A stretch of 64,000 nucleotides of DNA from Burkholderiales bacterium (GCA_036787045.1 DAIQQA010000003.1:13797-77796); one strand, 5' to 3'; positions 27,755-36,640 are shown, counted from the stretch's first letter. Made by a program: numbers and translations. Notes: generated by a model not told the origin, from the sequence alone.

Positions 27755-28946
27755 GAAGTTCCTGTTCATGGCAGCTGTGGCAATGCTTGCGTTGCCTGCA
27801 GCCGCCCAGCAGCCGATCCGTATCGGGGAGATCAGCAGCTACTCCGCGGTACCGGCGTTCACCATTCCCTATCGCAACGGCTGGGAGCTGGCCGTCGAGG
27901 AGGTGAACGCAGCAGGCGGGGTGCTGGGGCGCAAGCTGGAGGTGATCTCGCGCGACGACGGCGGCAAGCCGGACGATGCCACCCGGCATGCCAACGAGCT
28001 GCTCACCAGCCACAAGGTCGATCTGTTGGCGGGCACTTTCCTCTCCAACGTCGGCCTGGCTGTCGGCGACATCGCCCGGCGCAACAAGGTGGTGTTCGTG
28101 GCGGCCGAGCCCCTGACCGACGCGCTGGTCTGGGAGCAGGGCAACCGCTACACGTTCCGGCTGCGGCCGAGCACCTACATGCAGGCCGCCATGCTGGCCG
28201 AGGAAGCAGCCAAGCTGCCGGCTAAGCGCTGGGTGACGCTGGCGCCCAACTACGAGTATGGGCAATCGGCGGTGGCGAGCTTCAAGGAGCTGCTAAAGGC
28301 GAAGCGACCCGACGTCGAGTTCGTCGGGGAGCAATGGCCGGCGCTGGGCAAGCTCGAGGCGGGGGCGACTGTGCAAGCGCTCTCCGCGGCCAGGCCGGAG
28401 GCGATCTTCAACGTCACCTTCGGTGCGGACCTGACCAAGTTCGTGCGCGAGGGGAACCTGCGCGGGCTGTTCGAAGACCGCGCCGTAGTCAGCATGCTGT
28501 CCGGCGAGCCGGAATACCTCGACCCGCTCAAGGACGAGACGCCGGTGGGATGGATCGTCACCGGCTATCCGTGGGAGCAGATCAAGCTGCCGGCGCACGA
28601 GAAGTTCGTCCAGGCCTACGAGAAGCGCTTCGAGGATACGCCCCGGCTCGGTTCGGTGGTCGGTTATACCACCTTCATGGCGATCGCCGGAGCCCTGAAG
28701 AAGGCCGGCTCGACCGACAGCGAGAAACTGATCACGGCCTTCCGCGGCCTCGAGGTGCAAAGCGTGTTCGGTCCGATCACGTTCCGCGCCATCGATCAGC
28801 AGTCCACGCTGGGCGCCTTCGTCGGCAGGCTCGACCTCAGGGGCCGCAAGGGTGTGATGGTGGACTGGCGGTATGCGGACGGCAAGGACTACATGCCGCC
28901 GGATGCCGTGGTGAGGAAGAAGCGGCCGGCGGAAGCGATGAAGTAA
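27747..28946 (+). CDS. Branched-chain-amino-acid-type ABC substrate-binding protein
   Basis: Signal peptide MVQKFLFMAAVAMLALPAAA (GTG 27747 or ATG 27768); NGWELAVEEVNAAGGVLGRK, APNYEYGQSA, TGYPW. Confidence 0.9.
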   Translation: MVQKFLFMAAVAMLALPAAAQQPIRIGEISSYSAVPAFTIPYRNGWELAVEEVNAAGGVLGRKLEVISRDDGGKPDDATRHANELLTSHKVDLLAGTFLSNVGLAVGDIARRNKVVFVAAEPLTDALVWEQGNRYTFRLRPSTYMQAAMLAEEAAKLPAKRWVTLAPNYEYGQSAVASFKELLKAKRPDVEFVGEQWPALGKLEAGATVQALSAARPEAIFNVTFGADLTKFVREGNLRGLFEDRAVVSMLSGEPEYLDPLKDETPVGWIVTGYPWEQIKLPAHEKFVQAYEKRFEDTPRLGSVVGYTTFMAIAGALKKAGSTDSEKLITAFRGLEVQSVFGPITFRAIDQQSTLGAFVGRLDLRGRKGVMVDWRYADGKDYMPPDAVVRKKRPAEAMK

Positions 28947-28949
28947 TCG

Positions 28950-29146
28950 TGAGGCGCGAGGCGAGAGGCGTGAGGCGAGCGGTGCCGCCGCGCAGCATCC
29001 GCGCATTCCGGGGCGTCGCAGGGGGCGGACTGCACAGCGTTTCGGCTGCGACCGTCGCGTACCTGGGCCACGCGTTGCGGCGCCACCCGTCGGAAGCCAA
29101 CGCAGCGCAAGGCTTTCGCCTCACGCCTCGCGCCTCATGCCTCACG
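28950..29146. repeat. Family-C heptamer inverted element
   Basis: tgaggcg cgaggcg agaggcg tgaggcg (28950-28977) versus cgcctcacgcctcgcgcctcatgcctcacg (29117-29146). Confidence 0.85.
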
Positions 29147-30996
29147 CAGACGTGACCGTCTACCTCATCCAGTTCCTCACCGGCCTGTCCCACGCTGCGA
29201 CCCTCTTCCTGGTCGCGTCGGGCCTGTCCATCATCTTCGGCGTGACCCGCATCGTGAACTTCGCGCACGGGTCGTTTTACATGCTGGGCGCCTACGCAGC
29301 CTACAGCGCGACCGAGCTCCTGATGGAGCGGCTCGGCGCGCCGCTGGGTTTCTGGTCCGGGATTGTGGTGGCTGCTGTAGCGGTAGGTCTGGTCGGCGTG
29401 GTGATGGAAGTCCTGTTGCTGCGCCGGATCTACCGCGCACCCGAGCTGTTCCAGCTGCTCGCGACCTTCGGCGTGGTGCTGGTGGTGCAGGATGTCGCGT
29501 TGGCGATCTGGGGCCGGGAGGACTTGTTCGCCCCCCGCGCGCCGGGTTTGAAGGGGACGGTGGAGATTCTGGGCGAGCGCTTCCCGCAGTATCACCTGTT
29601 CCTGATCGTGCTGGGACCGATCGTGCTGGGGCTGCTGTGGCTACTGTTCCACCGCTCGCGCTGGGGTGTGCTGGTACGGGCTGCGACCCAGGACCGCGAG
29701 ATGGCCGGTGCACTGGGTGTCAACGAGCGATGGCTGTTCACGAGCGTGCTGTTCCTCGGCTCGTTCCTGGCCGGGCTGGGGGGCGCGCTGCAGATCCCCA
29801 AGGAGGCCGTGAACCTGCAGATGGACATCCACATCATCGCCGAGGCATTCGTGGTGGTAGTGATCGGCGGGATGGGCAGCGTGACCGGTGCTTTTCTCGC
29901 GTCCCTGCTGGTGGGTCTGCTGTCGGCCTTCGGGATCCTCATATTCCCGCAGGTGACGCTCGTGCTGACCTTTCTGGTGATGGCGGTGGTGCTGGTCATC
30001 CGGCCGTACGGACTGCTGGGGAAGCCGGAGGGACGCACGCGGGTCTCTGCGCAGTCGGCCGAGCTGCCCATCCGTCCTGCGAGCCGGCCGCTGCTGGGCG
30101 GCGCGGCGGCGTTGCTTGGCCTTCTCCTGCTGCTGCCGGCGCTGACTGGCGAGTACGCGCAGCTGATCGCCATCGAGATCCTCATCCTCGCGCTTTTCGC
30201 CGCCAGCCTGCACTTCATCATGAGCATCGGTGGGCTGGTGTCCTTCGGTCACGCCGTCTACTTCGGCATCGGCGCCTATGCCTGTGCACTGCTGGTGAAG
30301 CACTTGGCCTCGCCGATGCCCATCAACCTGGTCGCGGCGCCGCTCGCCGCGGCAGCGGTCGCGGTCCTGTTCGGCTGGTTCTGCATCCGGCTGTCGGGCG
30401 TCTATCTCGCCATGCTCACGCTCGCCTTCGCCCAGATCGTCTGGTCGGTGGCTTTCACGTCGGGCTGGACCGGAGGCGACAACGGCGTTCTGGGCGTCTG
30501 GCCTCCGGCCTGGCTCGGGTCGAAGACGGCCTACTACTATTTCACGCTGCTCCTAGTCGCCGGGGGTCTGCTGCTGCTCCGGCGCGTGATCTTTTCGCCG
30601 TTCGGCTACGCACTGCGCGCCGGCCGGGACTCGCCGCTGCGCTCGGATGCGATCGGCATCGACGTGCGCCGCCAGCAGTGGGCAGCGTTCGTGCTGGCCG
30701 GTGCCGCGGCCGCGCTGGCCGGCGCTCTGCACGCCTACCACAAAGGCAGCGTATTCCCCGCCGTGCTCGCCATCCCGCAGTCGGTGGACGCGCTGGTCAT
30801 GGTGCTGCTCGGCGGGGTGCAGACGCTCAGCGGCCCGGTCGTGGGAGCCGCCGTCTATCATGCCCTCCAGACCGAAGTGATGCGAAGCACCGACTACTGG
30901 AGGTTCATTCTCGGGGCCGTGATCATTCTTCTGGTGGTGGCGTTCCCGCAGGGGATCGCAGGGTTCGCGCAGCGCTTCGTGAGGCGTGAGGCGTGA
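29137..30996 (+). CDS. Fused LivH-LivM ABC permease
   Basis: SIIFGVTRIVNFAHGSFYMLGAY (LivH part) and GLVSFGHAVYFGIGAY, RLSGVYLAMLTLAFAQ (LivM part) in one 619-aa ORF. Confidence 0.9.
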   Translation: MPHADVTVYLIQFLTGLSHAATLFLVASGLSIIFGVTRIVNFAHGSFYMLGAYAAYSATELLMERLGAPLGFWSGIVVAAVAVGLVGVVMEVLLLRRIYRAPELFQLLATFGVVLVVQDVALAIWGREDLFAPRAPGLKGTVEILGERFPQYHLFLIVLGPIVLGLLWLLFHRSRWGVLVRAATQDREMAGALGVNERWLFTSVLFLGSFLAGLGGALQIPKEAVNLQMDIHIIAEAFVVVVIGGMGSVTGAFLASLLVGLLSAFGILIFPQVTLVLTFLVMAVVLVIRPYGLLGKPEGRTRVSAQSAELPIRPASRPLLGGAAALLGLLLLLPALTGEYAQLIAIEILILALFAASLHFIMSIGGLVSFGHAVYFGIGAYACALLVKHLASPMPINLVAAPLAAAAVAVLFGWFCIRLSGVYLAMLTLAFAQIVWSVAFTSGWTGGDNGVLGVWPPAWLGSKTAYYYFTLLLVAGGLLLLRRVIFSPFGYALRAGRDSPLRSDAIGIDVRRQQWAAFVLAGAAAALAGALHAYHKGSVFPAVLAIPQSVDALVMVLLGGVQTLSGPVVGAAVYHALQTEVMRSTDYWRFILGAVIILLVVAFPQGIAGFAQRFVRREA

Positions 30997-31162
30997 GGCG
31001 TCAGGCGGGAGGTGTTCAATGGTACTGGGTAACGCAATAGATGACTCCCTCTCCCCCGCATGCGGGGGAGAGGGCTGGGGTGGCGGGTACACCTCCCACC
31101 TCCCGCCTCTCGCGTCACTGCAGGCACGGGGGCGCGCCTTACGCCTCACGGCTTTCGCCTCA
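30980..31162. repeat. Family-C heptamer element with internal family-B palindrome (sister of 23284-23475)
   Basis: (TGAGGCG)x3 plus TCAGGCG (30980-31007); ctccctctcccccgcatgcgggggagagggctggggtggcggg (31045-31087); inverted heptamers to 31162. Confidence 0.88.
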
Positions 31163-31170
31163 TCAGAACG

Positions 31171-31941
31171 ATGCCGCTGCTAGCTGTCACAAACCTCAGC
31201 AAATCCTTCGGCGGCGTACAGGCGGTGCGCGACGTCTCCTTCGCGCTCGAACGTGGGCAGCTGCTGGCGCTGATCGGGCCGAACGGCGCGGGCAAGTCCA
31301 CGTGCTTCAATATGCTCAACGGTCAGCTCACGCCGGACAGCGGCACGGTTACTCTCGAAGGCATCGACGTTACCGGCCATCCACCGCGCGAGATCTGGAA
31401 GCGCGGCGTGGGCCGCACTTTTCAGGTGGCGGCCACCTACGGGTCGATGACGGTGCGCGAAAACGTCCAGATGGTCCTGCTGTCTCGTGCGAGGCAGCTG
31501 TTCGACCTGTGGTCTCGCGCCAGCGAGCGCTATCGCGACGAAGCGCTTGCGCTGCTGGGGCAGGTCGGGATGGCGGAGCAGGCCGAGCGTCCCTGCGGCA
31601 TGCTCGCCTATGGCGACGTCAAGCGTGTCGAGCTCGCGATGGCGCTGGCGAACGACCCGAAGCTGCTGTTGATGGACGAGCCCACTGCCGGCATGGCGCC
31701 AAAGGAGCGCAACGACCTGATGGTGCTCACCGCGGAGCTGGCGCGCGAGCGCAACCTCGGCGTGCTGTTCACCGAGCACAGCATGGACGTCGTCTTCACC
31801 TACGCACAGCATGTGCTGGTGCTGACGCGGGGCCGGATCATCGCCCAGGGCTCGCCGGCGCAGGTGCGCGACGATCCCCAGGTTCAGGCGGTATATCTGG
31901 GCACCGGGGCGACGTTCCACGCGCACGCGGCGCTTTCGTGA
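31171..31941 (+). CDS. LivG-type ABC ATP-binding protein
   Basis: [27 protein letters not shown]; ATG 31171 just after the repeat. Confidence 0.9.
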   Translation: MPLLAVTNLSKSFGGVQAVRDVSFALERGQLLALIGPNGAGKSTCFNMLNGQLTPDSGTVTLEGIDVTGHPPREIWKRGVGRTFQVAATYGSMTVRENVQMVLLSRARQLFDLWSRASERYRDEALALLGQVGMAEQAERPCGMLAYGDVKRVELAMALANDPKLLLMDEPTAGMAPKERNDLMVLTAELARERNLGVLFTEHSMDVVFTYAQHVLVLTRGRIIAQGSPAQVRDDPQVQAVYLGTGATFHAHAALS

Positions 31942-31960
31942 TAGCCACGACTCAAGACCT

Positions 31961-32127
31961 ACCGCTCACTACGAAGACACGAAGACACGAAGAAGGACAG
32001 TGCAGCATGGACTGGCCGTGTGTGTCTCAAAGGGATAGCTAGATCGGTTCGAGACGCTACGACACTCACACCATGCAACATTTCCTATTGGTTTTCTTCG
32101 TGCCTTCGTGTCTTCGTGGTGAGAGGT
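31961..32127. repeat. Family-A paired inverted element (CACGAAG type)
   Basis: Arms 31961-31994 and 32094-32127 are reverse complements at 31/34 positions. Confidence 0.9.
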
Positions 32128-32133
32128 AGTGCT

Positions 32134-32844
32134 TTGGAGCCGTTGCTTGTGGTGAGAGGCCTGAGCGCCTGGTACGGCCGGGCGCAGATCCTGTTCGACG
32201 TGTCGCTGGAGGTGGCGCGCGGCGAGGTGGTCGCGCTCATGGGCCGCAATGGTGCGGGTAAGTCGACCACACTGAAGGCCATCATGGGTCTGGTGGACCG
32301 CGTGGGCGGTACAGTGAGCTTCCGCGACCAGCCGCTGCGCGGGCGCAAGCCCTTCGAGGTCGCGCGCCTGGGCCTTGGCTACGTGCCCGAGGACCGGCGG
32401 ATCTTCAGCGAGCTCTCGGTGCTGGAGAATCTCGAGGTCGGCAGACAGCCCGAGCGGGAGGGCGCGCCCACGTGGACGGCGGAGAAGCTGTTCCGCGTGT
32501 TTCCGAATCTCGCCGAAATGCGTGAGCGGCCCGCCGGGCGGATGAGCGGCGGCGAACAGCAGATGCTCACGGTCGCCCGCACACTTATGGGCAATCCGTA
32601 TCTGGTGCTTCTGGACGAACCGTCGGAAGGGATCGCGCCGAAGATCGTGGAGGACATGGCCAACATGATCCTCGAGCTGAAGCAGGAAGGCCTGGCGGTC
32701 GTGCTTTCGGAGCAAAACCTGCACTTCGCGCGGCTGGTGAGTGACCGCGCCTACGTTATCGAGAAGGGTCAGATCCGCTTTCAAGGAGGGCTGGCGGAGC
32801 TCGAAGGAAACGAAGAGGTGAAGAGGGAGTATCTTTCCGTGTAA
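32134..32844 (+). CDS. LivF-type ABC ATP-binding protein
   Basis: GRNGAGKST, YVPEDRRIF, MSGGEQQML, LDEPSEG; likely TTG start at 32134. Confidence 0.88.
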   Translation: MEPLLVVRGLSAWYGRAQILFDVSLEVARGEVVALMGRNGAGKSTTLKAIMGLVDRVGGTVSFRDQPLRGRKPFEVARLGLGYVPEDRRIFSELSVLENLEVGRQPEREGAPTWTAEKLFRVFPNLAEMRERPAGRMSGGEQQMLTVARTLMGNPYLVLLDEPSEGIAPKIVEDMANMILELKQEGLAVVLSEQNLHFARLVSDRAYVIEKGQIRFQGGLAELEGNEEVKREYLSV

Positions 32845-32931
32845 CGGTTGCTACGCTCTCCGCAGAACACGTCTCTCAGGGCGTGAAGCGCAGCGGAGGC
32901 ATAGCAACAGTAACGACTAGCGAGGTACGGC

Positions 32932-34128
32932 ATGGCAGTCGACACCACCGCCAGCCCCAAGGGCAGGCTCGTCATCCGCAACATCGGCCTGCTGCTGTCC
33001 GGGGATCTCGCCCGGCCGATCCTCGACGCCGACACCGTCGTAGCCGTCGACGGCGTTATCAGGCAGGTCGGCAAGGCGAAGGACTGCGACACTGCGCAGC
33101 CCGACACCCTGATCGACGCGAAGGGTGTGGCGCTCGCCCCAGGGCTCATCGACAGCCATGTGCATCCGGTGTTTGGCGACTGGACACCGCGCCAAAGTCA
33201 GATCGGCTGGATCGATTCGACGCTCAACGGCGGTGTCACGACGATGATCTCGGCGGGCGAGGTGCATCTGCCCGGTCGGCCGAAGGACATCGTGGGACTG
33301 AAGGCGCTGGCGATCACTGCACAGCGGGCCTTCCACAACTTCCGTCCTGCTGGCGTGAAGGTGCTGGCCGGCGCGCCGGTGATCGAAAAGGGCATGACGG
33401 AGACCGACTTCGCCGAGCTCGCAGCGGCGGGCGTTACCCTGCTGGGCGAGGTGGGTCTGGGCTCGGTGAAGGCGGGAGCGGAGGCACAGCAGATGGTGGC
33501 CTGGGCGCGCAAGCACGGCATCCAGAGCACCATCCACACCGGCGGGCCGTCCATTCCGGGCTCAGGGCTGATCGACAAGGACGTGGTGCTGGAAGCCGAT
33601 GCGGACGTGATCGGCCACATCAACGGAGGCCACACCGCGCTCCCGGAGGCGCACGTGTGCGAGCTGTGCGAGCGCTCCCGCCGTGCCATCGAGATCGTGC
33701 ACAACGGAAATGAGAAGATCGCGGTCGCTGCGGTGCAGGCTGCGCGCGACGGCAAGTGTCTGCACCGGGTGATCCTCGGCACGGACGGTCCGGCCGGCTC
33801 CGGCGTTCAGCCGCTCGGGATCCTGCGCGTGATCGCTCTGCTGTCGAGCCTGGGCGGCATCCCGGCGGAGCAGGCGCTCTGCTTCGCCACCGGCAATACT
33901 GCCCGTATCCGCAAGCTCGACTGCGGCCTGATCGAGCCGGGCAGAGTGGCGGACTTCGTGTTCCTCGACTGTGCCCAGCATACTGCCGGGCGGACGTTGC
34001 TGGAGAGCGTGGCGCTGGGCGACATCCCCGGGGTCGGCATGGTGGTGATCGATGGCGCGGTGCGTTGCGGCCGCAGTCGGAACACACCCCCGGCGACCGA
34101 GATACCCGTCGTCGTCCACGGCCAGTGA
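32932..34128 (+). CDS. ena: Enamidase (amidohydrolase of nicotinate catabolism)
   Basis: PGLIDSHVH, GDWTPRQ, GGVTTMISAG, PGRPKDIVGLKALAIT, HTGGPSIPGS, HINGG, GDIPGVGMV, SRNTPPA recall the Eubacterium barkeri enamidase. Confidence 0.88.
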   Translation: MAVDTTASPKGRLVIRNIGLLLSGDLARPILDADTVVAVDGVIRQVGKAKDCDTAQPDTLIDAKGVALAPGLIDSHVHPVFGDWTPRQSQIGWIDSTLNGGVTTMISAGEVHLPGRPKDIVGLKALAITAQRAFHNFRPAGVKVLAGAPVIEKGMTETDFAELAAAGVTLLGEVGLGSVKAGAEAQQMVAWARKHGIQSTIHTGGPSIPGSGLIDKDVVLEADADVIGHINGGHTALPEAHVCELCERSRRAIEIVHNGNEKIAVAAVQAARDGKCLHRVILGTDGPAGSGVQPLGILRVIALLSSLGGIPAEQALCFATGNTARIRKLDCGLIEPGRVADFVFLDCAQHTAGRTLLESVALGDIPGVGMVVIDGAVRCGRSRNTPPATEIPVVVHGQ

Positions 34129-34253
34129 GCCGGCAATAGGCGGAGGCAAAGCCCGGTGCTAAACTCATTGCGAATCCGGCGCATCGCGGGAACCTCGGGG
34201 GCTCGTGCGACGGGTGCAGCAAACCTAAACGGGATATGTCTCTGGAGGGAGCG

Positions 34254-34988
34254 ATGACGAGATCGAACAGAAGGGAGTTCCTCAAGGCCGCCGGTGGCAT
34301 GGCGGTGGCCGCCGCAACGGCGGGCCTGGGCCTGCGCGAGGCGCTGGCGATGGGCAAGTTCAAGGTCGGCGACACCGACGGACTGCTGGTGATCGACGTG
34401 CAGAACTGCTTCATTCCAGGCGGCACGCTGCCAGTGCCGGATGGGGCGGCAGTGGTGCCGCTGATCAACGATATCGCCGGGAAGTTCAAGTGCGTGGTGA
34501 TGACCCAGGACTGGCATACCCCCGGCCACATCTCGTTCGCTTCGACCCATGGCAAGGAGCCGTTCTCGGTCATCAAGCTGCCCTACGGCGACCAGGTCAT
34601 GTGGCCAGACCACTGCGTGCAGGGTACCGACGATGCCAATCTGCATAGCGACCTCGACCTCACCAAGGCTCAGCTCATCCTGCGCAAGGGGTTCAACCCG
34701 AACGTCGACGGCTACTCGGCCTTCTACGACAACGACAAGAAGACCCCGACGGGACTGGCTGGGTATCTCAAGGCGCGCGGGGTCAAGCGCGTGTTCGTGT
34801 GCGGCCTGGCTACCGACTTCTGCGTGATGTGGTCCTCGGTGGATGCGCGCAAGGCCGGATTCAAGACCGTGGTGATCGAGGATCTGAGCCGCGGCATCGA
34901 CGTGCGCGGCTCCATGGAAGCAGCCTGGAAAGAGATGACCAAGGCCGGTGTGCAGCGCGTGATGTCGCGGGACATCGAGTTCGTGTAG
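34254..34988 (+). CDS. pncA: Nicotinamidase/pyrazinamidase with Tat signal peptide
   Basis: NRREFLK Tat motif; IDVQNCF, TQDWH..H, WPDHCVQ, RKG, GLATDFCV catalytic motifs; GGAGGGA RBS. Confidence 0.9.
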   Translation: MTRSNRREFLKAAGGMAVAAATAGLGLREALAMGKFKVGDTDGLLVIDVQNCFIPGGTLPVPDGAAVVPLINDIAGKFKCVVMTQDWHTPGHISFASTHGKEPFSVIKLPYGDQVMWPDHCVQGTDDANLHSDLDLTKAQLILRKGFNPNVDGYSAFYDNDKKTPTGLAGYLKARGVKRVFVCGLATDFCVMWSSVDARKAGFKTVVIEDLSRGIDVRGSMEAAWKEMTKAGVQRVMSRDIEFV

Positions 34989-35134
34989 GCCATGCGACAA
35001 CCGGTTCGGCCACGACCAGTCTGCCGCAGGGGCGGCGGGCGCAGAAACTGCCGTAGCAATGGCGCAGAGCTGTCACGTATGCCGGTCGAGCGTGGCCGAG
35101 CCGGAGCTCGAGTTGCCCGCGCAGGTGACCAGCC

Positions 35135-35548
35135 ATGGGGGACGTAACCGTCACCGTTGGAGGGCTGCGCTTCTCGGCCCGGTTCGAAGAGACGGTCGCG
35201 CCGCGGACATGTGCCGCCTTCCGCGCGATGCTGCCATTCACCGGTTCGCTGATTCAGGCGCGCTGGAGCGGCGAAGCCGCCTGGGTGCCGCTGGGCGCGC
35301 TGCATCTGGACATCCCCGCTGAGAATGCGACCAGTCATCCGTCGCGCGGCGATATCCTGCTCTACCCCGGCGGGGCGAGCGAGACCGAGATCCTGGTTCC
35401 TTACGGCAGCACCTGCTTCGCAAGCAAGGTCGGGCAGCTCGCGGGCAACCACTTCCTCACCCTGACCACCGGGTTGGACTCGTTGGCCGAGCTCGGCCGG
35501 CGGGTGCTCTGGGAGGGCGCCCAACCTCTGCGCATCGAGCTGGCGTGA
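35135..35548 (+). CDS. DUF3830 family protein (cyclophilin-like fold)
   Basis: APRTCAAF, QARWSGEAAWVP, ENATSHPSRGDILLYPGGASETEIL, FASKVGQLAGNHF. Confidence 0.82.
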   Translation: MGDVTVTVGGLRFSARFEETVAPRTCAAFRAMLPFTGSLIQARWSGEAAWVPLGALHLDIPAENATSHPSRGDILLYPGGASETEILVPYGSTCFASKVGQLAGNHFLTLTTGLDSLAELGRRVLWEGAQPLRIELA

Positions 35549-35571
35549 CTATCGGCCAACTTCATCGCGCC

Positions 35572-35701
35572 AACCACCCCGTCGCCTCAGCCTGCCTCGG
35601 GCAGTGACCCGGGGGCGCCCCCTCCTTGGAAAGGAGGGGAGAAGAAGACTCCTCCCCTCCTCCCTGAGGAGGGGTGGCAGCGAAGCTGCCGGGGTGGTGG
35701 G
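35572..35701. repeat. Family-F inverted pair of REP-like hairpins
   Basis: accaccccg...cccctccttggaaaggagggga faces tcccctcctccctgaggaggggtggcagcgaagctgccggggtggt. Confidence 0.8.
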
Positions 35702-35736
35702 GGTGTGCGGGCCAGAAATCCGAAGTGTGCAAGCCA

Positions 35737-36321
35737 ATGCCGATGTCTACCCCGCAGCAACTCCTGGAACGCTACGCCGAGGCCAAGGACTTCACGCGCC
35801 CCGATCTGATGCGCGAGATCTACCGCTCCGACGCAGTGCTGACCTACGCCATCGCGACCGACGACATCCGTTTCCCGGCCCGGATCGAGGGCATCGAGGC
35901 GCTTGCCCGGACGCTGGTCAGCGATTTCGCGCTGAGCTTCGACCGCTGTCGGACCTACTACGTGTGCGATGCACCGCCTGGCGCTGCGCAGCATGTCGCC
36001 TTCGTGCCTTGGCTGGTCGTGATGCGTGAGCGGGACGTCGGCCTGCTGAGGATGGGCCAGGGGTTCTACCGCTGGAGCTTCGAGCCGGACGGCGAGGGCG
36101 CGCTGCGGGTATCAGCGATGCATATTCATATCCATCGCATGGACCGGGTCCAGGATCCACGAGCGGAGCTGCTGGAAGCCGTGCAGCACGGTCTGCCCTA
36201 TCCCTGGCTGACCCCCGCATTCCTGCGCGACGCCTTCGAGGCGCGCAGTCGCAGCAGGCGCGACCTCGCGTTCCTGCGCGAGCTTGCAGCGCCGTTGCCG
36301 CCGGAGTCGGGCAGCGACTGA
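35737..36321 (+). CDS. Hypothetical protein (possible NTF2/SnoaL-like fold)
   Basis: Clean ORF (LLERYAEAKD..RIEGIEALARTL..CRTYY..GFYRWSF); fold is a guess from pattern only. Confidence 0.55.
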   Translation: MPMSTPQQLLERYAEAKDFTRPDLMREIYRSDAVLTYAIATDDIRFPARIEGIEALARTLVSDFALSFDRCRTYYVCDAPPGAAQHVAFVPWLVVMRERDVGLLRMGQGFYRWSFEPDGEGALRVSAMHIHIHRMDRVQDPRAELLEAVQHGLPYPWLTPAFLRDAFEARSRSRRDLAFLRELAAPLPPESGSD

Positions 36322-36374
36322 CCGCGCCGGTGTGCGAGCCGCCGCAGATTGCCGACTCCACGTCCGCGGCGATA

Positions 36375-36502
36375 AGACCACGCGTGGTGCGGGTGCTGCG
36401 AGTTGACGCACTGAATCGGTGCGGATCATAATCGGTGCAACGAGAACAAGCGTTAAGCTTCAAGCCGTTGCCGGCGCTGCCGGGGTTGGCATGGCGGCTG
36501 CA
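36375..36502 (+). promoter_or_regulatory. Putative sigma54 promoter with upstream NtrC-like sites
   Basis: TGGCATGGCGGCTGCA (36487-36502) fits TGGCAC-N5-TTGC spacing; CGCACTGAATCGGTGCG (36407-36423) plus GGTGC half-sites ending 36390 and 36438 resemble TGCACC-N5-GGTGCA. Confidence 0.55.
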
Positions 36503-36640
36503 AAGGGGTGGCCGTCGACGGACCTCCCCTCCCGTTGTCGGAAAGCGACGTGCCGGCCGAGTTTGCGGCGGTGTCGGCTCGCAAATCTTTCGCATCTCTC
36601 GATAGACTCGCTACACGAGTTCACCAAGAAGGAGGAGACA

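Noticed and set aside
31060-31170. N-terminal extensions of livG (31060) and livF (32020) in the ORF track
   Set aside because: They are translations of repeat elements; conserved ABC domains begin at 31171 and 32134, where usable start codons exist.
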